A program made the translations under genes and the position numbers. From Nitrosopumilaceae archaeon (lineage in GTDB: Archaea > Thermoproteota > Nitrososphaeria > Nitrososphaerales > Nitrosopumilaceae), in NCBI GenBank assembly GCA_035457865.1, contig DATIAR010000082.1, positions 81 to 64,080 on the forward strand: DNA of 64,000 nucleotides, read 5' to 3'. Shown here in pieces: positions 54,901 to 62,082 of this stretch. Numbering within the stretch: position 1 is the stretch's first letter; each line of letters starts with the position of its first letter. The notes beneath the pieces were generated by a model. The model was not told where the DNA came from and made no database searches. It was given only the letters and a program-made list of their open reading frames with translations.

Positions 54901-56739
54901 TTTCCAGTAGGTGAAACAATAGTTACATGGACTGCAACAGATACAACAGGTCTAGTTGCAATCGCAACACAAAAGGTGATGATAAAAGATACCGCGCCTC
55001 CAATTCTAAAAGTTCCTGAGAGTATTACTGTTGAAGCCACAAGCGAATCAGCAAACATTGTAAACATTGGCGAAGCCAAAGCATCGGATCTGGTTGGCAT
55101 TCAATCAATTACAAATGATGCAACAGATGTATTTTCACTCGGATTGACATCTATCACATGGACTGCAACTGATGTTTCAGGACTTTCTTATTCTGCAATT
55201 CAAAAAATTACTGTAGTTGATACTACATCTCCAATATTGACAGTGCCCGCTGATGTAGTATTTGAAGCAGTGTCTGCAACGAACAATCCTGTTGAGATAG
55301 GACAAGCAACTGCAATTGACTTGATACGCGTTTCATCTATTACAAACGATGCCCCCTCTGCCTTTCCACTTGGAGAAACCACAGTCACATGGACTGCAAC
55401 AGATCAGTCAGGTAATTCTATCTCTAGTACCCAAAAAGTTACAGTCGTAGATACTACTGCACCTACAATAGTGATACCAGATGATGTAACAATCGAAGCA
55501 TTATCTCTAGATAATAACGTGGTATCTCTTGGAGATGCATCCGCAAATGATAATGTTGGTGTAATAGCAATTACAAATGATGCACCAACAGTCTTTGAAG
55601 TAGGTAACACCATGGTAGCTTGGACTGCAACTGATGCAGCTGGAAATATATCTACTGCATCACAAACAGTAACAGTTGTAGATACCACTAAACCATCGAT
55701 TTTGTCGCCAGAAGATATTTCTGTTGAAGCAACGGATCCGCTGCAAAACTTTGTAATACTTGGCAATGCTACAGCCTCTGATGCTACAGGTATAGATACT
55801 ATCACAAATGATGCGCCGACAGCATTTGCATTTGGTAAGACAACAGTAACATGGACTGCAACAGATACATCAGGAAACTCCGCAAGCGATACTCAGACCG
55901 TAACAGTGATTGATACAACCTCTCCAAAAATATCTGCACCCGCAGATGTTACTCTAGAAGCAACATCTCTGACAAGTAATATGATATCTATTGGTACGGC
56001 AACAGCAAAGGACATTATGGGAATAGATTCAATTACAAATGATGGGCCAGATACTTTTTCATTTGGAGAAACCATAATCACATGGACTGCAACAGATCCT
56101 TCAGGAAACTCTGCAACTGTAACACAAAAGATAACAGTGATTGATACTACAGGACCAAAATTAACGGTGCCAGATGATCTCACAATAGATGCAACGTCGC
56201 TTGAAACAATAGTACCGATTGGTACGGCAACAGCAGTAGACATCATTGATTCAAATCCAACAATAACAAACAATGCGCCATCTGTCTTTCCACTTGGAGA
56301 AACCATAGTCACATGGACTGCAACGGATCAATTTGGAAATTCGGAAAATCTAAAGCAGACTATAACTGTTCAAGCATGCGGCAAACCGGTGTCATCATTT
56401 AATTTGATAATTGGTGGGCAGCAGGATGATGTTTTGACAGGTACAAACTTGGCTGATTTGATATTTGGTCTAGAAGGTAATGATATTATTACAGGAGAAG
56501 AAGGCGATGATTGTATCATTGCAGGAGAAGGAGATGACATTGTATTTGGAAATGATGGCGAAGACAAGATCGCTGCAGATAATGGTAACGACATTATTCG
56601 AGGTGGATCTGGAGAAGACAAGATAAACGGTAACTCTGGATTTGATATTATCGATGGTGGAGATGATCATGACTCTTGTAACGCTGGTGAAAATACTAAT
56701 GATGATCTAATAACCAAATGTGAAACAGGAAAACTCTAA
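51934..56739 (+). CDS. giant secreted protein: signal peptide + 6 NHL repeats + 15 HYR-like Ig modules + C-terminal RTX-like nonapeptide repeats
   Basis: TTG start with signal-like MKRLPLVVFGIIASLVYS. The NHL units show the pattern P.G.A.D..GNVYV.D.GN.RIQKF, six times. Fifteen modules of about 79 aa end in (T)W(T)A(T)D..GN......Q.(I)TV.DTT.P. The tail contains GGSGEDKIN-type repeats. Confidence 0.9.
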   Translation: MKRLPLVVFGIIASLVYSTIIPYIGAETAPSYIRQWGSEGLQTTGLFSFPQDLALDSAGNVYVTDYGNRRIQKFDSDGNFLHTWGVKGSGNGQFQVPAGIAIGKDFVYVVDNELNRVQKFDTSGKYITQWGSKGTESGQFLLPQNIAVDPNGDVYVADTGNSRIQKFSPDGKFLLSLGSSGLGNGQFLNPRGVSADSQGSVYVSDSGNNRIQKFTLDGVFLKSFDVSSGNSLRYPQGLDVDSSGNIYVADTGNNRIVKIDKDGNSLASWGSLGITNGNFNNPKDAVVDSTGNVFVVDSSNHRIQKFGKTSQSTTESSPVQLSPLPNDKTNPVITAPSDITVEANGILSTISIGQATATDASGIASLVNNGPAKFPLGATVVTWTATDAAGNVAKATQTVTVVDTTSPVIAAPPSVTVEASNPDSNSVELGNPSTSDTVGVAAVTNDAPPFFKIGDTIVTWTATDAAGNSASSKQVITVQDTTKPKISAPSNITIEATSASDNNVVLGDATVTDNGEIKSIINDGLSVFPLGTTIITWTATDAAGNVATDTQTVKVVDTTAPTITPPSDVVFEAISPTENAVSIGQAIASDIQYVTITNNAPSVFPLGETIVTWNATDTGGYWSVATQKITVVDTTSPILIPPTDVTIEASSPDHNVVSIGEATAQDAIGILSVSNNAPSDFVFGKTVVTWMAVDISGNSVSANQTITIVDTTPPQLTVPKDVVSEATDPTLNIVQIGDATAFDTIGVDSVTNNSPDAFPIGLTTVTWTAKDTSGNIVNATQTITVRDTTSPMITAPSDITVEAASLSGNTIFIGEANASDITGISSITNDAPSAFPLGETTVTWTATDQSGNSAHATQKITVVDTTAPAITVPDDIVFEALSPTENIVSIGIASGTDIIDSNPTITNNAPSVFPLGETIVTWTATDAAGNSAIGIQKITIVDTTTPTIVAPDDVEAEATSATENTITLGQATAADFVGIESITNDAPAVFPVGETIVTWTATDTTGLVAIATQKVMIKDTAPPILKVPESITVEATSESANIVNIGEAKASDLVGIQSITNDATDVFSLGLTSITWTATDVSGLSYSAIQKITVVDTTSPILTVPADVVFEAVSATNNPVEIGQATAIDLIRVSSITNDAPSAFPLGETTVTWTATDQSGNSISSTQKVTVVDTTAPTIVIPDDVTIEALSLDNNVVSLGDASANDNVGVIAITNDAPTVFEVGNTMVAWTATDAAGNISTASQTVTVVDTTKPSILSPEDISVEATDPLQNFVILGNATASDATGIDTITNDAPTAFAFGKTTVTWTATDTSGNSASDTQTVTVIDTTSPKISAPADVTLEATSLTSNMISIGTATAKDIMGIDSITNDGPDTFSFGETIITWTATDPSGNSATVTQKITVIDTTGPKLTVPDDLTIDATSLETIVPIGTATAVDIIDSNPTITNNAPSVFPLGETIVTWTATDQFGNSENLKQTITVQACGKPVSSFNLIIGGQQDDVLTGTNLADLIFGLEGNDIITGEEGDDCIIAGEGDDIVFGNDGEDKIAADNGNDIIRGGSGEDKINGNSGFDIIDGGDDHDSCNAGENTNDDLITKCETGKL
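54409..54492 (+). repeat. 84 bp perfect intragenic repeat, copy 1 (copy 2 at 55336-55419)
   Basis: tctattacaaacgatgccccctctgcctttccacttggagaaaccacagtcacatggactgcaacagatcagtcaggtaattct was read identically at both positions. Confidence 0.85.
54622..54707 (+). repeat. 86 bp perfect intragenic repeat, copy 1 (copy 2 at 56239-56324; partial third copy near 53719-53772)
   Basis: gacatcattgattcaaatccaacaataacaaacaatgcgccatctgtctttccacttggagaaaccatagtcacatggactgcaac was read identically at both positions. Confidence 0.85.
55336..55419 (+). repeat. 84 bp perfect intragenic repeat, copy 2 (copy 1 at 54409-54492)
   Basis: The string is identical to 54409-54492, with flanking bases differing on both sides. 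Confidence 0.85.
56239..56324 (+). repeat. 86 bp perfect intragenic repeat, copy 2 (copy 1 at 54622-54707)
   Basis: The string is identical to 54622-54707. Confidence 0.85.
56413..56682 (+). repeat. about 10 consecutive 27 bp (nonapeptide) RTX-like Gly/Asp repeats
   Basis: The translation gives GGQQDDVLT GTNLADLIF GLEGNDIIT GEEGDDCII AGEGDDIVF GNDGEDKIA ADNGNDIIR GGSGEDKIN GNSGFDIID GGDDHDSCN, with strict 9-residue periodicity and the GGxGxDxUx consensus. Confidence 0.8.
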
Positions 56740-56824
56740 CCATTTAATCTAATCAAAAATATATTTTAATACAAAGAGGAATTTCTAGCATAGATTATAA
56801 TAATATCTGAACTACGGATATTCA

Positions 56825-58102
56825 ATGTCAAATTCCAAAAACCTCTTTTTGCGTGCAAAAAAGGTTATTCCATCTGGAATAAATAGTCCTGTAAGATTTT
56901 ATGATCCGTATCCATTCTTTGTAAAAAAAGCAAAGGGAAATACAATATGGGATCTTGATGGTAAACATTATCTTGATTTTTGTAATGGCTATGGTGCATT
57001 GCTTTTGGGACATAGAAGAAAAGAAATTGTTGACGCTGTTTTATCACAATTAAACAAAGGTACGCTATATTGTGCACCAACCGACCTTGAAGTAGAATTA
57101 TCTGAATTGATTAGAGAAAATTATCCCTCAATGGAAAAAACTAGACTTGTAAATACAGGAGCTGAAGCAACAATGACTGCAATAAGACTTGCACGTGGTT
57201 TTACGAAAAAGAAAAAGATCATAAAATTTGAGGGCTGTTACCATGGTGCATATGATTATGTCCTTGTAAAAGCAGGTTCAGGAGCAGCACATAATGGAAT
57301 TTCTATTTCAGAAGGCGGATTAGATGAAGTTTCCAAAAACACACTTGTAATACAATATAACAACTCACAAGAACTAGATTCTGTTCTTGTAAAACAAAAA
57401 GATATCGCGGGTGTAATTGTAGAACCAGTCTTAGCAAACATGGGTCTTGTTTTACCGCAAAAAAACTTTCTTTCTGACATTAGGAAAATAACAAAGGAAC
57501 ATGATGTGCCACTAATTTTCGATGAAGTTGTGACAGGATTTAGAATGTCACCTGGTGGAGCACAACAGTATTTTTCCATAAAACCTGACATTGTGACACT
57601 TGGGAAAGCACTTGGAAACGGGTTTGTAATTGCTGCAGTAGGTGGAAGAAAAGATATCATGAATAAACTTGTCCCGGAAGGAAAAGTATATCAAGCAAGC
57701 ACATACGCAGGCAATCCCGTTTCAGTAGCGGCAGCAATAGCTTCTATCAAAACCATAAACAAATACAAAAACAAACTCTATCCAAAGCTTGACATACTTT
57801 GTACTATACTTGTAAGAGCTATACGGGATTTAGCAAATGATATGAATATTCCGCATCAGGTCAATTCTATCAGTTCCATGTTTCAGATCTTTTTTACCAA
57901 TACTGCCGTAACAGACTATGATTCAGCCAAAAAAGCTGATGCAAAAAAATTCAACAAATTATTCAAATCATTATTACAAAATGGTATCTTTATAGCACCA
58001 TCTCAATTTGAAACTATATTCCTGTCTGATGCCAACACACTAGATGACCTGCATAAAACAATAGAAGCATTTGGCAGATCCCTTAAAGCGGTGAAGAATT
58101 GA
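56825..58102 (+). CDS. hemL: glutamate-1-semialdehyde 2,1-aminomutase
   Basis: A class-III aminotransferase pattern is present (DLDGKHYLDFCNGYGALLLGH, FDEVVTGFR, TLGKALGNG with the PLP lysine). The gene heads a hem cluster. Confidence 0.9.
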   Translation: MSNSKNLFLRAKKVIPSGINSPVRFYDPYPFFVKKAKGNTIWDLDGKHYLDFCNGYGALLLGHRRKEIVDAVLSQLNKGTLYCAPTDLEVELSELIRENYPSMEKTRLVNTGAEATMTAIRLARGFTKKKKIIKFEGCYHGAYDYVLVKAGSGAAHNGISISEGGLDEVSKNTLVIQYNNSQELDSVLVKQKDIAGVIVEPVLANMGLVLPQKNFLSDIRKITKEHDVPLIFDEVVTGFRMSPGGAQQYFSIKPDIVTLGKALGNGFVIAAVGGRKDIMNKLVPEGKVYQASTYAGNPVSVAAAIASIKTINKYKNKLYPKLDILCTILVRAIRDLANDMNIPHQVNSISSMFQIFFTNTAVTDYDSAKKADAKKFNKLFKSLLQNGIFIAPSQFETIFLSDANTLDDLHKTIEAFGRSLKAVKN

Positions 58103-59034
58103 AGTATAAAATAGGCACCAGAGGAAGTCTGCTCTCACTTGCGCAGACAAATTGGATTATTTCAGAGCTGAAAAAAAGATCACCTGAGACTGAATTTGAA
58201 ATTGTTACAATAAAAACTAAAGGCGATACAGATGCACGACCACTTTTTACAATAAATCAAAAAGGGATATTTGAAAAAGAAATTGACCGTGCCGTTACCG
58301 AAAGAAAAGTTGACTTTGCGGTTCACAGTTTAAAAGATGTACCATCAGAGCTACCTAATGATCTTGTTTTGGCATGCATACCAAAAAGAGAAGATGCAAA
58401 TGACGTCTTTATCTCAAGAGACGGTAGCACACTTCTGACAATAAAAAAGGGAGCAAAGGTTGGAACAAGTAGTTTGCGCCGAGCAGTACAGATATGGAGA
58501 ATAAGGCCTGATCTTATAGTAAAACCAATAAGAGGAAATATAGAAACAAGAATAAGAAAAGTAGAACAAGGAGAGTTTGATGCAGTCGTTCTTGCTCAAG
58601 CAGGAATTTCAAGGCTTGGGCTCGATGTAAAGTTTGAAAAGCTCTCTACGAAGAGTTTTCCACCCTCCCCAGGGCAAGGTGCCATCGCCCTAGTCTCAAG
58701 AAAAGACAATCATGCTTTAATTGAAATATTAAAAAAAATAGAAGATCTTGATTCTAGGTATGCAATAGAAGCTGAAAGGTCGCTTTCCATTTTTGTAGAT
58801 TCGGGTTGTAGATTCCCAGTTGGTGCATATGCAGAGAAAAAGGGCAACGAACTGATTCTCAATGTTATAGTATATTCTGTTGATGGTAGCAAATCCATTA
58901 ATGTGGAAAACAGAGGAGACTTTGTACAAGCAATTGAACTTGGAAGACAAGCTGCAACAGAGCTTGCAAAAAAAGGAGTAGCAGAACTTGCAAAAAACTG
59001 GAGAGAAAAAGTAGAGGAATGGAATAAAAAATGA
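58099..59034 (+). CDS. hemC: hydroxymethylbilane synthase (porphobilinogen deaminase)
   Basis: KIGTRGSLLSLAQT, HSLKDVP, VGTSSLRR and RGNIETR are present. TTG start overlapping the hemL stop. Confidence 0.9.
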   Translation: MKYKIGTRGSLLSLAQTNWIISELKKRSPETEFEIVTIKTKGDTDARPLFTINQKGIFEKEIDRAVTERKVDFAVHSLKDVPSELPNDLVLACIPKREDANDVFISRDGSTLLTIKKGAKVGTSSLRRAVQIWRIRPDLIVKPIRGNIETRIRKVEQGEFDAVVLAQAGISRLGLDVKFEKLSTKSFPPSPGQGAIALVSRKDNHALIEILKKIEDLDSRYAIEAERSLSIFVDSGCRFPVGAYAEKKGNELILNVIVYSVDGSKSINVENRGDFVQAIELGRQAATELAKKGVAELAKNWREKVEEWNKK

Positions 59035-59774
59035 GCGGAAAAGTCTACATAGTTGGAGCAGGACCTGGCGATCCTAAACTTATTACCTTAAAAGCTATAG
59101 AGATAATCAAAAAGGCAGATGTTGTACTTTATGATCGATTGATAAGCAAGGAAACCTTGGCTATGATCCCTAAGAGAGCTGAAAAAATTTACGTAGGGAG
59201 AAACGTTGGAGATGATTACAAACATCAAAACATAACAAATGCACTAATGATAAAATTAGCAAAAAAGAAAAAAAATATTATTAGACTCAAAGGTGGTGAT
59301 CCATTTATCTTTGGAAGAGGTGGAGAAGAAGCAGAATTTCTTCAAGCAAACAAAATAAAATTTGAAGTGATTCCAGGTATAACGTCTGGAATTGGTTCCG
59401 CAGAATATTCTGGAATACCACTCACCCATAGAGATTATGCATCTTCGGTTGCGTTTGTAACAGGTCACGAAGACGCTAAAAAAACAAAAAAATCAGTAAA
59501 ATGGAAAAAGCTTGCCACTTCTGTAGATACAATAGTAATTATGATGGGTCTTTCAAGATTAGAAAAAATCTGCAAGGATCTTGTCTTGGGCGGGTTAAAC
59601 AAGAAGACGCCTGTTGCTGTAATTCAAAACGGTACTACCACAAAACACCGAATGATAAAAGGAAATATTTCCAATATATCAAAAAAAGTGCGTCAAGCAA
59701 AGATTAAACCGCCTTCGATAATTGTAGTAGGCAAGGTAGTGAATTTGTCAGAAATCGTAGGTTGGAGAAAATGA
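59031..59774 (+). CDS. cobA: uroporphyrinogen-III C-methyltransferase
   Basis: VYIVGAGPGDPKLITLKA, RLKGGDPFIFGRGGEE and IPGITS are classical SUMT motifs. Confidence 0.9.
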   Translation: MSGKVYIVGAGPGDPKLITLKAIEIIKKADVVLYDRLISKETLAMIPKRAEKIYVGRNVGDDYKHQNITNALMIKLAKKKKNIIRLKGGDPFIFGRGGEEAEFLQANKIKFEVIPGITSGIGSAEYSGIPLTHRDYASSVAFVTGHEDAKKTKKSVKWKKLATSVDTIVIMMGLSRLEKICKDLVLGGLNKKTPVAVIQNGTTTKHRMIKGNISNISKKVRQAKIKPPSIIVVGKVVNLSEIVGWRK

Positions 59775-60568
59775 TGGCTGGAAAAACCATTGCAATAACT
59801 CGATCTAAAGAAGATTCAGAAGAATTCATACACTTGATAACAACGGAAAACGCAAAACCTATACCGCTTCCCACCATAGAGCTGGTAAGCAAAGGGGAAA
59901 AAATAGTAGAAGAGTTTCTAAACTCTATAAAAGATGATAACCCTGATTATTCTGTATTTATGAGCTCAAAAGCGGTTAAACTCTTATTTGATACGGCAAG
60001 AAAACTTTCCAAGTTTGAAAAACTCCAACTTGCAATTGCCAATACTACTGTGATAGCAGTTGGACCAAAAACAAAAACTGCTCTTGAAAAAGAAGGAATT
60101 AGAGTAACTCATATACCACAAAAAAGATACTCATCAGTAGGAGTCGGTGAAGTTTTTACAAGGTTAAGTGCGGAAGGAAAAAAAGTAATAATCCCAAGAA
60201 GTGGTGCATCCACTCCATTTCTTGCACAACTTTTAGAAAAAATTGGACTACAAGTAAAAGAAATTCATCTGTATGATGTTTGCTCTTTCAGGGACACCTC
60301 GCAATGGAATGAATTTCGTGTACTTTTTTCAAACCATAAAATTGACGGGATAGTATTTACAAGTGCATCATCAGTAAATGCCTTTTTTGAAATAATGTTA
60401 ATGGATTCTGAGAAAAAAATTTTGTTAGAAAATTTACAAAAAATAAAAATAGTTGCAATAGGACCATTTACTGCAGACGAATTAAAAAAATTCGGTCTAG
60501 CTCCAATTATTGCAGACGTTCATACAGTTTCGGGTGCATTTGATACAATAAAAAATTGTTTTAATTAG
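59762..60568 (+). CDS. hemD: uroporphyrinogen-III synthase
   Basis: 268 aa protein in a hemC-cobA-hemD context, with a two-lobed HemD-like pattern (IAITRSKEDSEEF..., VFTSASSVNAF). Confidence 0.75.
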   Translation: MEKMMAGKTIAITRSKEDSEEFIHLITTENAKPIPLPTIELVSKGEKIVEEFLNSIKDDNPDYSVFMSSKAVKLLFDTARKLSKFEKLQLAIANTTVIAVGPKTKTALEKEGIRVTHIPQKRYSSVGVGEVFTRLSAEGKKVIIPRSGASTPFLAQLLEKIGLQVKEIHLYDVCSFRDTSQWNEFRVLFSNHKIDGIVFTSASSVNAFFEIMLMDSEKKILLENLQKIKIVAIGPFTADELKKFGLAPIIADVHTVSGAFDTIKNCFN

Positions 60569-60591
60569 CTTGACCTATTTAGCTTGACCTA
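60565..60591. promoter_or_regulatory. tandem direct repeat (ttagcttgaccta, twice, 14 bp period) upstream of sufB
   Basis: Read directly: 60565-60577 and 60579-60591 are identical 13-mers separated by one T. They lie 36-62 nt upstream of the TTTATAAT box at 60627-60634. Confidence 0.5.
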
Positions 60592-60599
60592 CTCCGCTG

Positions 60600-60619
60600 T
60601 ACAACTCGTAGCAGTTGTA
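60600..60619. promoter_or_regulatory. 7 bp inverted repeat TACAACT-n6-AGTTGTA just upstream of the sufB TATA box
   Basis: Read directly at 60600-60606 and 60613-60619. Confidence 0.4.
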
Positions 60620-60645
60620 GAATCTATTTATAATATAACGGGGTT

Positions 60646-62055
60646 ATGAAGCACATGACTACTGAAGACCTCAATATGGATTATAGTAAATATGATTTCA
60701 AGGACTCTACTGAGATGTATGTATATCTTAGCAAAAAAGGTCTTTCTCGTGGAACGATTGAAGAAATCAGTAGATTAAAAGGTGAACCTCAATGGATGCT
60801 TGATTTTAGGCTGCGTGCGTATGATGTTTTCATGAAAAAACCAATGCCAAATTGGGGTGGGGATCTGGGAAAAATTGACTTTAACAACATCTATTATTAT
60901 GCAAAGGCTTCCGAGAAGACAGAAAAAAGTTGGGATGATGTACCAGCTGATGTTAAAAATACTTTTGACAAGTTAGGAATTCCAGAAGCAGAGAAAAAAT
61001 TCCTTGCGGGTGTTGGTGCTCAATATGAATCAGAAGTTGTTTATCATCACTTGAGAGATGATCTGACAAAACAAGGCGTTAAATTTTTAGACACGGATAG
61101 TGCACTAAAAGAAGAACCTGAAATCTTTAGAAAATATTTTGGTAAAATAATTCCTCCTGAAGACAACAAATTTGCTGCACTTAACAGTGCAGTCTGGAGT
61201 GGTGGATCTTTTATTTATGTTCCACCAGGTGTTAAAGTGGATCTTCCATTACAGGCATACTTTAGAATCAATGCAGAAAACATTGGACAATTTGAAAGAA
61301 CTCTAATTATTGCAGATGAGGGATCTGAAGTACATTACATAGAAGGATGTACTGCACCAGTCTATTCTTCTGAATCACTCCACTCTGCTGTAGTCGAGCT
61401 TATAGCATTAAAGAATGCAAAGCTAAGATATACAACAATCCAAAACTGGAGTAATGATGTTTACAATCTAGTTACAAAGCGAGCCTATGCTTATGAAGGT
61501 GCAAGAGTAGAATGGATTGACGGAAATATTGGTAGTAAACTAACAATGAAATATCCTGGAATTTACATGCTGGGAGAAAGAGCACATGGAGAAACATTGT
61601 CTATTGCATTTGCAGGAAAGAACCAGCACCAAGATACTGGTGCAAAAATGGTACATTTGGCACCTAACACTACATCAAGAGTTACATCAAAATCAGTAAG
61701 TAGGGGCAATGGAAGAACAACATACAGAGGTCTATTGCATGTTGCAAAAGGTGCAACAAACGTCAAGGCTTCTGTAAGATGTGATGCATTACTTTTAGAT
61801 GATATTTCAAAGACAGATACCTATCCATACATGGAGATAAACCAAGAAGACGCTACAGTTACTCACGAGGCAACTGTAGGAAAGATAGGAGACGAGCAGA
61901 TCTTCTATCTTATGAGTAGAGGATTTTCCGAAGAAGATGCATTAACTCTAATTGTAAATGGATTCATCGAACCGTTTACCAAAGAACTCCCTATGGAATA
62001 TGCCGTAGAACTCAATAGATTAGTAAAACTTGAAATGGATGGCTCAGTCGGTTAG
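60646..62055 (+). CDS. sufB: Fe-S cluster assembly protein SufB
   Basis: 469 aa with the SufB pattern ([50 protein letters not shown]). The TATA spacing suggests the ATG at 60655 may be the real start. Confidence 0.9.
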   Translation: MKHMTTEDLNMDYSKYDFKDSTEMYVYLSKKGLSRGTIEEISRLKGEPQWMLDFRLRAYDVFMKKPMPNWGGDLGKIDFNNIYYYAKASEKTEKSWDDVPADVKNTFDKLGIPEAEKKFLAGVGAQYESEVVYHHLRDDLTKQGVKFLDTDSALKEEPEIFRKYFGKIIPPEDNKFAALNSAVWSGGSFIYVPPGVKVDLPLQAYFRINAENIGQFERTLIIADEGSEVHYIEGCTAPVYSSESLHSAVVELIALKNAKLRYTTIQNWSNDVYNLVTKRAYAYEGARVEWIDGNIGSKLTMKYPGIYMLGERAHGETLSIAFAGKNQHQDTGAKMVHLAPNTTSRVTSKSVSRGNGRTTYRGLLHVAKGATNVKASVRCDALLLDDISKTDTYPYMEINQEDATVTHEATVGKIGDEQIFYLMSRGFSEEDALTLIVNGFIEPFTKELPMEYAVELNRLVKLEMDGSVG

Positions 62056-62082
62056 ACTGCGCCCCTTCTTATCTGACATGAC

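Larger units (their letters stand above)
52921..56376 (+). repeat. array of 15 tandem HYR-like coding modules (about 237 bp period)
   Basis: The recurring protein motif FPLGETxVTWTATDxxGNS...QKITVVDTTxPxI was counted 15 times in the translation. Confidence 0.85.

Noticed and set aside
52842-56670. Many 60-150 aa minus-strand ORFs inside the giant repeat gene (for example 52842-53303, 55404-55805, 55893-56312).
   Set aside because: They are antisense to a strongly supported 1601 aa CDS. They have Val/Ser/Thr/Ala-rich low-complexity translations that mirror the sense repeats, and no independent start or promoter signals. They are typical shadow ORFs.
50083-56739. Interpreting the ABC transporter plus the RTX-repeat protein as a type I secretion system.
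   Set aside because: The transporter is an ABC-2 type with separate ATPase and a 6-TM permease, not a fused T1SS exporter. No membrane-fusion or outer-membrane component exists in archaea. The giant protein also has an N-terminal Sec-type signal.
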